DNA of 64,000 nucleotides from Lachnospiraceae bacterium (GTDB lineage Bacteria; Bacillota; Clostridia; Lachnospirales; Lachnospiraceae): NCBI GenBank assembly GCA_029053015.1, contig JAIDHX010000014.1, positions 45,848 to 109,847 of the forward strand, read 5' to 3'. Shown piece by piece: positions 63,575 to 64,000 of this stretch (position 1 is its first letter; each line of letters starts with the position of its first letter). The notes under the pieces were generated by a model. It saw only the letters and a program-made list of their open reading frames with translations, ran no database searches and was not told where the DNA came from. The position numbers and the translations under genes were made by a program.

Positions 63575-64000
63575 ATGATAAAGAAGCTGACTATTAAAGA
63601 ATGGGTACATACAGGACCGTTACTTTTATTTTTGCTGGCAATGGGCGGGTTTATGCTTTGGACGGAAGGTCCTTCTGCAATTGATGCGATGAGAGGATTG
63701 ACCCCTGCGCGTGCCGGCAGGGAATCCATAAGCACCATCTATGTGGTATCTGCTATGGGAGTGTTTTTCGTTCTGATTGCCTTGCTTATGCTTATTTTAA
63801 CCTTAAAAAAATCGGTAAAAAAGAGGGTGAATCGTTATCTTGCGGAGCATGGAGGGATTACGATGTCCATGCTGGAGAGCGATTTTGCGGCAGCAGAACA
63901 GGTAAATGATATATGGATTGGCAAGCGGTGGTCTTATAATCATCAGTTTGACAATATTCCGTTAGAAAATGATAAGATTGTCTGGGTACATACCGATTCC
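63575..64000 (+). CDS. Hypothetical membrane protein (3' end beyond window)
   Basis: The frame from the ATG at 63575 (RBS AAGGGAG) stays open to the window end. It has two transmembrane segments. It is not in the ORF track because no stop is reached. Confidence 0.5.
   Translation, partial: MIKKLTIKEWVHTGPLLLFLLAMGGFMLWTEGPSAIDAMRGLTPARAGRESISTIYVVSAMGVFFVLIALLMLILTLKKSVKKRVNRYLAEHGGITMSMLESDFAAAEQVNDIWIGKRWSYNHQFDNIPLENDKIVWVHTDS

Overview
This is a chromosomal segment from a spore-forming, Clostridia/Lachnospiraceae-like Firmicute. That placement rests on the spoVA genes, sigma-G-type promoters, AGGAGG ribosome-binding sites and the gene repertoire. All protein family calls come from motif recognition by eye; no searches were run.

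Housekeeping content:
- A 5'-truncated hybrid histidine kinase.
- spoVAA-AB-AC, with spoVAD and spoVAE at separate, distant positions.
- An HD-GYP response regulator and an RsmF-like methyltransferase.
- argG, and an argJ...argB-argD cluster.
- aroK, ridA and degV.
- BlaI/BlaR1-like, PadR, MerR, TetR, LytTR and MocR regulators, and two paralogous ECF sigma modules.

Five observations stand out:
1. A structured repeat family I cannot place in any class I recognise. There are five full copies of 195-230 bp at about 13.2, 20.0, 26.4, 46.1 and 59.2 kb, plus two shorter relatives. Each folds into one long imperfect hairpin with conserved termini (TTGCGAAAC...GTTTCGCAA) and a conserved core. The stems carry compensatory substitutions between copies. 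Two copies are flanked by 8-11 bp direct repeats. Most copies sit directly 5' of regulator genes or inside the arg operon.
2. A 10.5 kb integrated element (29014-39533) bounded by a perfect 34-bp direct repeat. It carries an integrase, a cI/Cro-type switch, an ERF/replication-initiator/DnaC-like module, a small terminase subunit and a sigma factor. It has no large terminase, capsid, tail or lysis genes, so it looks like a phage satellite (PICI-like).
3. Inside that element are two tandem type I toxin-antitoxin-like modules. Their 28-29 aa hydrophobic peptides are absent from the ORF track.
4. An AT-rich ~3.3 kb insertion carrying relBE splits argJ from argB.
5. An AT-rich islet at 8.9-11.4 kb encodes two nuclease-family proteins.

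I saw no rRNA, tRNA or CRISPR array.
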